A stretch of DNA of 64,000 nucleotides, from positions 167,864-231,863 of the forward strand of contig CAWFBR010000003.1 of assembly GCA_963814125.1 (NCBI GenBank), written 5' to 3'. Below, one piece after another: positions 55,801-64,000 of this stretch. Source of the DNA: an uncultured Chloroflexia bacterium (GTDB lineage: Bacteria; Chloroflexota; Limnocylindria; Limnocylindrales; CSP1-4). The position numbers were made by a program, and so were the translations under genes. Every line of letters begins with the position of its first letter. The first letter of the stretch is position 1. Under the pieces are notes generated by a model, which did not search any database, was not told the origin of the DNA, and saw only the letters and a program-made list of their open reading frames with translations.

Positions 55801-57915
55801 TCATGGCTGGAAGTAACCGGTCACGTCGAAGATGAGGTGGGTCGTGGGACCCGGAGCCGGAGCGACGAAGGTGACGCTGAGCGTGCCACCACCCAGGGCC
55901 ACGGTCACCCCGTTGGCCCGGTCGTCGCCGACCGGGAAGTTGAGCGTCGAGCTGGTGGGGTCGTTGGTCTCGACAGGACCGATGAACAGGTAGCCGTTGC
56001 TGGTCTGGCCGGTGACTGTCACGTTGCCCGTCACGGCGGTCGCCGTGGGCGGTACGTTGCCGGTACCCGCAACCGTAAACGAGCGTGCGACGTGCGAGCC
56101 GGAAGGACCTGCGAGACCGGTGCCGTTGCGGGAGTCGACAACGCGAGCCGGGTTCAGCGGGACGTAGGCGGAGCCGCCCACGCCGGGCGCGAAGTAGCCG
56201 GTCACATCGAAGATCACGTGAGCCGTGGCCACTCCGGCCGATGCGACGTAGGTGACGCCGAGAGTGCCGCCACCGAGAGCCACGGTCACCCCGTTGGCCC
56301 GATCATCGCCGGCCGGGAAGTTGAGAGTCGAGCTGGTGGGGTTGTTGGTCGCAACGGGACCGATGAACAGATAGCCGCCGCTGGTCTGGGCGGTCACGGT
56401 CAGGTTGCCGGTCACGGCCGTGGCATTAGCCGGCACTCCGCCCCGGCCCGCCACCGCGAACGAGCGGGCCACATGGGAGCTGGATGGACCGGCCAGGCCG
56501 GTGCCGTTGCGGGTGTCGAGGATGCGGGCGGGGTTGAGCGGGACGTAGGTGGAGCCGCTGGTGTCGGGCACGAAGTAACCGGTCACATCGAAGATCACGT
56601 GAGCCGTGGCCACTCCGGCCGAGGCAACGTAGGTAACGCTGAGTGTGCCACCGCCGAGAGCCACGGTCACCCCGTTGGCCCGGTCATCCCCTACCGGGAA
56701 GTTGAGGGTCGAGCTGGTGGGGTTATTGGTCGCAACGGGACCGATGAACAGATAGCCGCCGCTGGTCTGGGCGGTCACGGTCAGGTTGCCGGTGACCGCG
56801 GTGGCATTGGAGGGGACGCCGCCGACACCTGCTACCGCGAACGTCCGCGCCACGTGCGAGCTGAAGACATTCGACAGCCCGTTGCCGAAGCGGGTGTCGA
56901 GGATGCGCGTTGGCGCGAGCGGCACATAGGTGGCGCCGGCCACCGGTCCGGGCGTTACCGCGGCGGATGCGCCGGAGGCGGGGCTTGTGCCAGCGGAATT
57001 CGTTGCGGTCACCGTGAACGTGTAGGCAGAGCCGTTGGCCAGGCCGGGGAGCGCGCAGCTCAGCTCACCCGTGGTGGTGCATGTCTTCCCGTCTGGCGTC
57101 GACGTAACCTCGTACGCAGTGACCGGCAAGTTACCGTCGAAGGCCGGCGCGGCCCAAGTCACCCAGGCCGATGTGTCATAGGGAATCGCGGACGCGGACG
57201 TAGGAGCGTCGGGGACCGCAATGCCCTGTATGAGCAGCCCCGGACCGTAGTACACGTCCAGGATCTGCTCACCCGTCATGCCCGCGCCCGAGGCACAGTA
57301 GGAGGCGCTCCACTGGAACAAGTGCGAACCATCCGCATCCGTTCCGCACCCGTTATGGGGGTCCCCAGGCCGGTAGCCGGTCTGGATGAACACCCCGTTC
57401 TTGAGAATCGACTCCGGCCAGGTGCTGTCGACGGCCTGGATCTGTGGGGCGGTCGGCGTCCTGGTCTCGGGTTGGTAGATCTGGTCGTTCGTATTGTCGA
57501 CGACGTCATAGCAGCCGGCGGTGCTGCTCCTCGGGTAGATCGCCTTGTACCAGGCGTATTGCTTGATCGCGACGGCTCCGGCCCTGAGGACCTCCTGAGG
57601 CCAGTTTCCAGACCACTCGGGCGCCATGACGACCTTGACGTAGGTATTGAAATCGACCGTCTGGACGGACCCGCTGGCGGGTCCGCTGGTGCGCAGAACG
57701 TTGACCGTTGGCGGCGGTGCTGTAGTGCTGGACCAGCCAGTGCAAACGACCGCCCGTGCGGCCGGGGGCGACGACACGCTGGGAACCCAGACACCGGCGG
57801 CGAGGAGGGCCGCTGCCGCCAGACGACGAACCGAACGCCAGTGACGACGGGCGCTCCGCTCAGGCTCCCTCGTCAGGCAAATCGGACCTTCACCCCCCCA
57901 CTCCATGGGGCTCAT
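55801..57915 (-). CDS. Secreted SpoIID/LytB-like protein with FN3 domain and three C-terminal repeats
   Basis: YVKVVMAPEW, EVLRAGAVA...YA, DNTNDQIY, ILDVYY; FN3 W..PAFDG..VT.Y.V...L.NG..Y.FTV.ATN. Start approximate. Confidence 0.82.
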   Translation of the reverse strand: MSPMEWGGEGPICLTREPERSARRHWRSVRRLAAAALLAAGVWVPSVSSPPAARAVVCTGWSSTTAPPPTVNVLRTSGPASGSVQTVDFNTYVKVVMAPEWSGNWPQEVLRAGAVAIKQYAWYKAIYPRSSTAGCYDVVDNTNDQIYQPETRTPTAPQIQAVDSTWPESILKNGVFIQTGYRPGDPHNGCGTDADGSHLFQWSASYCASGAGMTGEQILDVYYGPGLLIQGIAVPDAPTSASAIPYDTSAWVTWAAPAFDGNLPVTAYEVTSTPDGKTCTTTGELSCALPGLANGSAYTFTVTATNSAGTSPASGASAAVTPGPVAGATYVPLAPTRILDTRFGNGLSNVFSSHVARTFAVAGVGGVPSNATAVTGNLTVTAQTSGGYLFIGPVATNNPTSSTLNFPVGDDRANGVTVALGGGTLSVTYVASAGVATAHVIFDVTGYFVPDTSGSTYVPLNPARILDTRNGTGLAGPSSSHVARSFAVAGRGGVPANATAVTGNLTVTAQTSGGYLFIGPVATNNPTSSTLNFPAGDDRANGVTVALGGGTLGVTYVASAGVATAHVIFDVTGYFAPGVGGSAYVPLNPARVVDSRNGTGLAGPSGSHVARSFTVAGTGNVPPTATAVTGNVTVTGQTSNGYLFIGPVETNDPTSSTLNFPVGDDRANGVTVALGGGTLSVTFVAPAPGPTTHLIFDVTGYFQP

Positions 57916-57916
57916 G

Positions 57917-60542
57917 TCAGTGCACGAAGTAGCCGGTCACATCGAAGACCACGTGGGTCGTCGGACCCGCAGAAGGAGCGACGAAGGTGACGCCGAGAGT
58001 GCCGCCGGCACCAATGGCGACCGTCACGCCGTTGGCTCGGTCGTCGCCTTTGGGGAAGTTGAGGGTGGAACTCGTGGGGTTGTTCATCGCGACTGGACCC
58101 ATGTACAGGTAGCCGAGGCTCGTTTGGCCTGTAACGGTCATGTTGCCCGTCACAGCTGTGGCACTGGTTGGCACGCCGCCATGGCCGGTTACACCAAACG
58201 TGCGTGCCGCGTGCGAGCTGAACGGACCCGAGAGGCCGTTGCCGGATCGGGTGTCCAGGAGGCGCGACGGGACGAGCGGGACGTAGGTGGCGCCGCTGGC
58301 GTCCGGCACGAAGTAGCCGGTCACATCGAAGATGGCATGGGCCGACGTGCCTGAAGCCTGGCCGACGAAGGTGACGCTGAGGGTGCCTCCTGCGCCGAGG
58401 GCAACTGTCACTCCGTTGGCCCGGTCGTCACCACGAGGGAAGTTGAGAGTGGAACTCGTGGGGTTGTTCGTCGCTACGGGACCGACGTACAGGTAGCCCG
58501 GGCCCGGTCTGGGCGGTCACGGTCAGGTTGCCGGTGACGGCCGTCGCGTTGGCCGGCACGCCGCCGTTGCCCGTGACCTGGAACGTGCGGGCAACGTGCG
58601 AGCCGAAGGGGCCGACGAGGCCGTTGCCGGATCGGCTATCGAGAATCCGCGAAGCATCGAGCGCCACGTAGGTGGCGCCGCTCATGTCCGGCACGAAGTA
58701 GCCGGTCACATCGAATATCACGTGTGCCTTGGCGCTCGAAGCCTGGCCGACGAACGTGACCCCGAGCGTCCCGCCGGCACCCAGGGCCACGGTGACGCCG
58801 TTGGCCCGGTCGTCACCGACTGGGAAGTTGAGAGTCGAACTCGTCGGGTTGTTCATCGGGTTCGGGCCGACGTACAGGTAGCCCGAGCTCGTCTGGCCCG
58901 TCACGGTCAGGTTGCCGGTCACGGCTATCGCGTTGCCGGGTACGCCGCCGCGGTTGGTCACCGCCAACGTGCGCGCCACATGCGAGGTGAAGACGTTCGA
59001 CAACCCGTTGCCGAAGCGGGTATCGAGAATGCGCGTCGGGGCGAGCGGAGCATAGGTTGTCGGTATCCCCTCGAACCTGGCGGCGATCGTCTTGATCAGG
59101 TCGCCGTCGCCGCCGTTGTTGCTGTCGTAACCCAAAGCCCAGATGCCGACACCGCGAAGGTCCCACGCATCGATGGCATCGCACTTGGCCGCGACCGCCT
59201 GTGGGTCGTCGAAATACAGCTCGCGCCAGGTGGTCTTGGTGCCGTTGTAGTCGCCGTAGTAGGACGTCCACGCGGTCTGCTCGACCGGGTCATAGTGCCA
59301 GCCGGTCACGCACGGCTTAGGCCACCCGGCCAGACACGACGTGGTGGCGGGATCCCGATTCGAAAGATCCTTCGACTGGGCATACGTGATGCCTGAGGCC
59401 GGCGAACCGTAGGTGGGGATGTCGGCCGGGGGCGCGTTGAGGGCATTGGAGTCGCCGGTCGACCAGGCGTGGCCGTACCACGGCAAACCGAGAATGATCT
59501 TCGACGCAGCGACCTGGTCCCTGAATTGGTTGACGACGTACGTCAGGTCGTAGCGGATGTACGAGCTCTCGAGAGGATCGATCGATCCGGTATTTGGCGG
59601 AGTCCCGCCCCGCAAGTCGTAGCCCATGATGAAGACCGCGTCCGCGGCCCCGTCCGCCAGGAGGTTCGGGAGGTCATACGTCCCGGGAGCGCCGGTAGCG
59701 CAGAACGTCAGCTCGTAGCCCGGGTGGACCTTGTCCAGCTCGATGCGCAGCGTCTGGACGAAGGTCACGAAGTGGCTGTACTGACCGGATGCGATGGGCT
59801 CGAAGTCGAGATTGACGCCGTCGGCGCCCCTGCGGCCGACCTCCGCGGCGATCTGCTGGGCGGCCGTCAGGCGGGCCGTTGAGCTCCCCAGGAGGGCGCT
59901 CTGTGAAGCCTGGCCGCTGCTGTCCCAGGCGAAGCTCTCGATCGTGAGCGCGACGCGAGTCCCGTGGGCATGGGCAGCGTTGATTACCGAGGTCATGCTC
60001 GAGCCGACCCAGCCATTCCAGCCGTTGCCGGCCTTATTGAGGGTGCCGTCGGTGTAGAGGTCGACGCCGAAGTAGGCGATCGTCGACAACGCATCGTAGT
60101 CGAGCGTCGTGCTCAGCTCCCAGTAGGGAAGGAAGCCGAACACCGCGCGGCGCAACAGGCTGGCACTCCCGTTTGTGGTGACGGCCGGCTGAAGATTCGG
60201 GGTGGCGCTTCCGCTCCCGGCGGGCAGTGCGACCGGGGCGCCGCCATCGACCTCGGTGGTATCCCCGGGGCGCGGTTGGAACGGAACGCTCGCGACCCCG
60301 CCCGGAGCAAAGGTGTATTCCTTCGAGGCGTGGCTCAAGGCTTCCTGGTACTGGATCGACGGCCCATCCGTCTGGGGGGCTTCGGCGGCCGAGGTCGCAC
60401 CTGGCAGCGCCCCGACACTGGAAAGCGCCAGGGCGACGGCCAGTCCCATCGGGTACAGCGCACCCCAGGCATGTCCCCTGACACCCTGCCGTGACCACGT
60501 AAACCGTGGGCGCGACGAGGGCAGCGACCGGCGTTTGAACAT
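57917..60542 (-). pseudogene. Secreted GH18-family hydrolase with three C-terminal repeats; one-base frameshift at 58496-58505
   Basis: FGFLPYW, ADGVNLDFE, IMGYD, KIILGLPWYG, GVGIWALG. The repeat consensus resumes in another frame (57917-58495). Could be a sequencing error. Confidence 0.8.
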
Positions 60543-60660
60543 GATGTCCCTCATCCGATAGCGCGGCGCCGACTGCCCCGAACGCAGAGACCGCTCCCGG
60601 GCCGCGTGACTAGCTCTGATATTCGAAGCACCTGACAGCTTCGATCTGCAACTCGTCGGA

Positions 60661-60740
60661 CGATAGATCCACCGTGTTCAGTAGGGATCCACCCTATCTA
60701 GCCGGGAACCACCTTATCCAGCTACACCATCCGGCGTCAA
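60661..60740 (-). promoter_or_regulatory. Promoter (TTGACG-N18-TAAGGT) overlapped by three 20-bp direct repeats
   Basis: Plus-strand units cgatagatccaccgtgttca / gtagggatccaccctatcta / gccgggaaccaccttatcca. Confidence 0.55.
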
Positions 60741-60834
60741 CTCTGGCAGTTCGTCGGTCGCCGGCGCAGCGTAGCCGCAAATCCCTTTCCTCGACGCGAT
60801 ACGGCGCCAATTCTCTATCGCCAGGATCGCCGAC

Positions 60835-63800
60835 TCACCTCGCTATTGACATGAAGTAGCCGGTCACATCGAAGATCACATGGGCCGTGGGACCCGGACC
60901 GGGAGCGACGAAGGTGACGCCGAGAGAACCGCCGCCGAGTGCCACCGTCACCCCGTTTGCCCGGTCGTCGCCCACCGGGAAGTTGAGGGTCGAGCTCGTC
61001 GGGTCGTTCATCGCCACCGGACCCACGAACAGGTAGCCGAGGCTCGCCTGGCCCGTGACCGTCAGGTTGCCGGTCACAGCGATGGCGTTGGCCGGTACTC
61101 CGCCACGGTTGACCACTCCGAACGCGCGCGCCCCGTGCGAGGTGAAAGGACCGGAGAGGCCGTTGCTGGTGCGGGTGTCGAGGAGGCGCGACGGGCTGAG
61201 CGGGACGTAGCTGGCGCCGCTCATGCCGGGCACGAAGTATCCGGTCACATCGAAGATCACGTGGGCCGTGGGACCCAGGGTGGGGGCGACGAAGGTGACG
61301 CTGAGCGTGCCGCCTGTGCCCAGGGCGACGGTGACTCCGTTCGCACGGTCGTCTCCTCGAGGGAAGTTGAGAGTCGAGCTCGTCGGGTTGTTCGTGGCGA
61401 CGGGGCCGATATATAGATAGCCGTTGCTGGATTGGCCGGTCACGGTCAAGTTGCCGGTAACCGCGATGGCGGCGGAGGGTACGCCGCCCCGGCCGGTCAC
61501 CTGGAAGGTCCGGGCTCCGTGAGAAGTGGAAGGACCACCGAGGCCGTTGCCGGATCGGGTGTCGAGAAGACGCGCGGGCGAAAGCGCTATGTACGTGGCG
61601 CCGTTCGTGTCGGGCACGAAATAGCCGGTCACATCGAAGATCACATGGGCCGAGGCGGCTCCGGCCGATGCCACGAAGGTGACGCTCAGCGTGCCGCCCG
61701 CACCCAATGCGACCGTCACCCCGTTGGCCCTGTCGTCCCCGACCGGGAAGTTGAGCGTTGAGCTAGTCGGGTCGTTCATTGCGTCGGGGCCCACGAACAG
61801 GTAACCGCTGCTGGACTGGCCGGTTACGGTCAGGTTGCCGGTGACCGCGATCGCGGCGTCCGGTACGTTGCCGCGACCGGTGACCTGGAAGGTTCGAGCC
61901 ACGTGCGAGTCGAATGCGCCGCTGAGGCCGTTGCTGACGCGAGAGTCCAGCAATCTGACTGGAGTCAGCGGGTAATAGGTGCAGGAGACAGGCCTAACCG
62001 TGACCTGTAGAGCCGTGGCGGTGAGCAAGGTGTCACTAGCTCCCACGGTCTGCGAGCCCAGACTCCCGAAAGTGACCTGGAAGGTCCCCGCGCCCTGGGT
62101 CAGGCCGCCTGAGGCAGGCAAGGAGGTCATCGCCCCATCGGAGCTGGTGATGGTCACGATCCCGGCGTATCCGGTGGCGGTGTTGCCATGGGCGTCCCTG
62201 GCCGTGACGGTGTAGCCCTCGGCGGTGCCGATGGTGACGGTTGCGGGACCGGCAATGATCAGGGCGGTGGCCGTGCCGGGGGTGACGTGGAGGGGGGTGG
62301 TGTCGGTGAAGCTCGTGAGGTAGGTCCCGGTCACGGTGTGGTCACCCGCCACGCTCGAGCTGCAGACAGCACCGCTGCAGGGGCTGCCGTCGATGGTGAA
62401 GCTCGTCGAGCCGGTCACGTCCTCGATGAGGTTGCCGTGGCTGTCGTAGCTCTTGGCCTCGTAGGTCTGGGACCCCGTGTCGGCGCTGATCGTGGCATCA
62501 GCAGGGGTGATGAGGATGTGGTCGAGAGCGCCCACGGTGACGTGGAGGGTGGTGGTGTCGGTGTAGGTTGTGGCGAAGGTGCCGATCACGGTGTGGTCGC
62601 CCACGACGGTCGCGGAGCAGACGGCTCCGCTGCAGGCGCTGCCATCGATGGTGAAGGTCGTCGTGCCGGTCACGTCGTCGATGAGGTTGCCGTGGCTGTC
62701 GTAGGTCGCCGCGGCGTAGGTCTGGGTCCCCGTGTCGGCGCTGATGCTGGCGTCGTGGGGGCTGATGAGGATGTGGTCGAAGTTGGCCACAGTTCCGGTG
62801 GCGGTGAAGGTCAGAGGCGAACCGGTCAGGCCGGTGCTGGTAGCGGTCAGGGTGTTGGAGCCGACGAGGGTGCCCAGAGTCCAGCTCCCGACGGTCGCGA
62901 TGCCTGAGGTGTTGGTCGTGGCCGAGCCGCCGGTGAGCGAGCCGCCGCCCAAGCCGATCGCGAAGGTGACGCTGACACCGGCCACGACGTTGCCGTACTG
63001 GTCTTTCACGATGACGCTCGGGGCGGTCGAGACCGCCGTGCCGACCGTGGTCGACTGGTTGTTGCCGTCGTTGATGGCGATGGTGGCCGCGGTGTCGGGG
63101 GTGATGGTCAGAACCGCGGTGTCGGTGTAGGTGGTGGCATAGGTGCCGGTCACGGTGTGGTCGCCCGCGAGGGTGGAGGTGCAGACCGCCAGGGTGCAGG
63201 CGCCGGTGCCCGAGATGCCGAAGGTAGTGTCGGCGGTCACGTCGGCGATGAGGTTGTCGTTGATGTCGTAGCTCGCGGCGGTGTAGGTCTGGTTGGCGCC
63301 CGCGGCGATGCTGGCCGTGTCAGGGCTGATGACGATGTGGTTGAGGGCCGCGGGGGTGATGGTCAGGACCGCGGTGTCGGTGTAGGTGGTGGCATAGGTG
63401 CCGGTCACGGTGTGGTCGCCCGCGAGGGTGGAGGTGCAGACCGCCAGGGTGCAGGCGCCGGTGCCCGAGATGCCGAAGGTAGTGTCGGCGGTCACGTCGG
63501 CGATGAGGTTGTCGTTGATGTCGTAGCTCGCGGCGGTGTAGGTCTGGTTGGCGCCCGCGGCGATGCTGGCCGTGTCAGGGCTGATGACGATGTGGTTGAG
63601 GGCCGCGGGGGTGATGGTCAGGACCGCGGTGTCGGTGTAGGTGGTGGCATAGGTGCCGGTCACGGTGTGGTCGCCCGCGAGGGTGGAGGTGCAGACCGCC
63701 AGGGTGCAGGCGCCGGTGCCCGAGATGCCGAAGGTAGTGTCGGCGGTCACGTCGGCGATGAGGTTGTCGTTGATGTCGTAGCTCGCGGCGGTGTAGGTCT

Positions 63801-63999
63801 GGTTGGCGCCCGCGGCGATGCTGGCCGTGTCAGGGCTGATGACGATGTGGTTGAGGGCCGCGGGGGTGATGGTCAGGACCGCGGTGTCGGTGTAGGTGGT
63901 GGCATAGGTGCCGGTCACGGTGTGGTCGCCCGCGAGGGTGGAGGTGCAGACCGCCAGGGTGCAGGCGCCGGTGCCCGAGATGCCGAAGGTAGTGTCGGC
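60835..63999 (-). CDS. Giant Thr-rich Ig-like repeat surface protein with three C-terminal ~125-aa repeats (5' end outside window)
   Basis: 85-aa repeats, an invasin/Big_1-like domain (NNQSTTVG...VKDQYGN.V.GV.VTF...TN.SG.A), then the triple module. Confidence 0.88.
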   Translation of the reverse strand, partial: ADTTFGISGTGACTLAVCTSTLAGDHTVTGTYATTYTDTAVLTITPAALNHIVISPDTASIAAGANQTYTAASYDINDNLIADVTADTTFGISGTGACTLAVCTSTLAGDHTVTGTYATTYTDTAVLTITPAALNHIVISPDTASIAAGANQTYTAASYDINDNLIADVTADTTFGISGTGACTLAVCTSTLAGDHTVTGTYATTYTDTAVLTITPAALNHIVISPDTASIAAGANQTYTAASYDINDNLIADVTADTTFGISGTGACTLAVCTSTLAGDHTVTGTYATTYTDTAVLTITPDTAATIAINDGNNQSTTVGTAVSTAPSVIVKDQYGNVVAGVSVTFAIGLGGGSLTGGSATTNTSGIATVGSWTLGTLVGSNTLTATSTGLTGSPLTFTATGTVANFDHILISPHDASISADTGTQTYAAATYDSHGNLIDDVTGTTTFTIDGSACSGAVCSATVVGDHTVIGTFATTYTDTTTLHVTVGALDHILITPADATISADTGSQTYEAKSYDSHGNLIEDVTGSTSFTIDGSPCSGAVCSSSVAGDHTVTGTYLTSFTDTTPLHVTPGTATALIIAGPATVTIGTAEGYTVTARDAHGNTATGYAGIVTITSSDGAMTSLPASGGLTQGAGTFQVTFGSLGSQTVGASDTLLTATALQVTVRPVSCTYYPLTPVRLLDSRVSNGLSGAFDSHVARTFQVTGRGNVPDAAIAVTGNLTVTGQSSSGYLFVGPDAMNDPTSSTLNFPVGDDRANGVTVALGAGGTLSVTFVASAGAASAHVIFDVTGYFVPDTNGATYIALSPARLLDTRSGNGLGGPSTSHGARTFQVTGRGGVPSAAIAVTGNLTVTGQSSNGYLYIGPVATNNPTSSTLNFPRGDDRANGVTVALGTGGTLSVTFVAPTLGPTAHVIFDVTGYFVPGMSGASYVPLSPSRLLDTRTSNGLSGPFTSHGARAFGVVNRGGVPANAIAVTGNLTVTGQASLGYLFVGPVAMNDPTSSTLNFPVGDDRANGVTVALGGGSLGVTFVAPGPGPTAHVIFDVTGYFMSIAR

Positions 64000-64000
64000 G
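63097..64000. repeat. 255-bp coding tandem repeat, about 3.5 essentially identical copies
   Basis: gtcggtgtaggtggtggcat recurs at 63121, 63376, 63631 and 63886. Confidence 0.95.

Larger units (their letters stand above)
51124..61985 (-). repeat. 15 copies (5 genes x 3) of a ~375-bp / ~125-aa module
   Basis: Consensus YxPLxPxRLLDSR...GVPANATAVTGNLTVT...GYLFIGP...PTSSTLNFPVGDDRANGVTVALG...HVIFDVTGYF. Blocks at about 51124-52266, 53580-54720, 55804-56938, 57920-59062 and 60850-61985. Confidence 0.95.

Noticed and set aside
202-57990. Many long antisense or alternate-frame ORFs in the track (e.g. 5698-7578 +, 51541-53526 +, 55729-57990 +, 28..30 kb + frames)
   Set aside because: They are shadow ORFs expected at about 70% GC, overlap well-supported genes, have R/G/P-rich composition and lack motifs.
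51124-61985. Diversity-generating retroelement explanation for the near-identical modules
   Set aside because: There is no reverse transcriptase, no non-coding template repeat, and the differences are not adenine-specific.

Overview
High-GC bacterial chromosomal segment; the gene content is most reminiscent of Chloroflexota, which is an inference. (i) 1-8 kb: the tail of a group 3b sulfhydrogenase operon (gamma, delta, no large subunit downstream) converges on a hoxEFUYH NiFe-hydrogenase operon whose HoxF is fused to a GltD/Nfn-like FAD/NADPH module. (ii) 8-35 kb: mixed genes, including ldh, a SatD-family protein with a 29-bp periodic palindrome array, thyX, two paralogous coiled-coil proteins plus a REC-MinD/CpaE ATPase, MscS, IclR, a class V PLP enzyme, an ankyrin protein, DUF885, a degenerate DNA-methylase/PD-(D/E)XK fusion, a TPR protein, a HipA-like kinase/DUF3037 pair, PolX, a diguanylate cyclase and a split MgtE/NRMT pair. 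(iii) 35-51 kb: a Wzx/Wzy-type cell-surface polysaccharide cluster with an LCP transferase and an amino-deoxysugar pathway. (iv) 51-64 kb: five consecutive genes for probably exported proteins (S53 peptidase, clan-CD-like peptidase, SpoIID-like enzyme, frameshifted GH18, giant Ig-repeat protein) that all end in exactly three copies of the same ~125-aa module. The strongest candidate for an undescribed system is (iii)+(iv): a triplicated, SLH/CWB2-analogous surface-anchoring module encoded next to its probable glycan ligand. No rRNA, tRNA, CRISPR array or transposase was recognised. All calls come from motif reading only.
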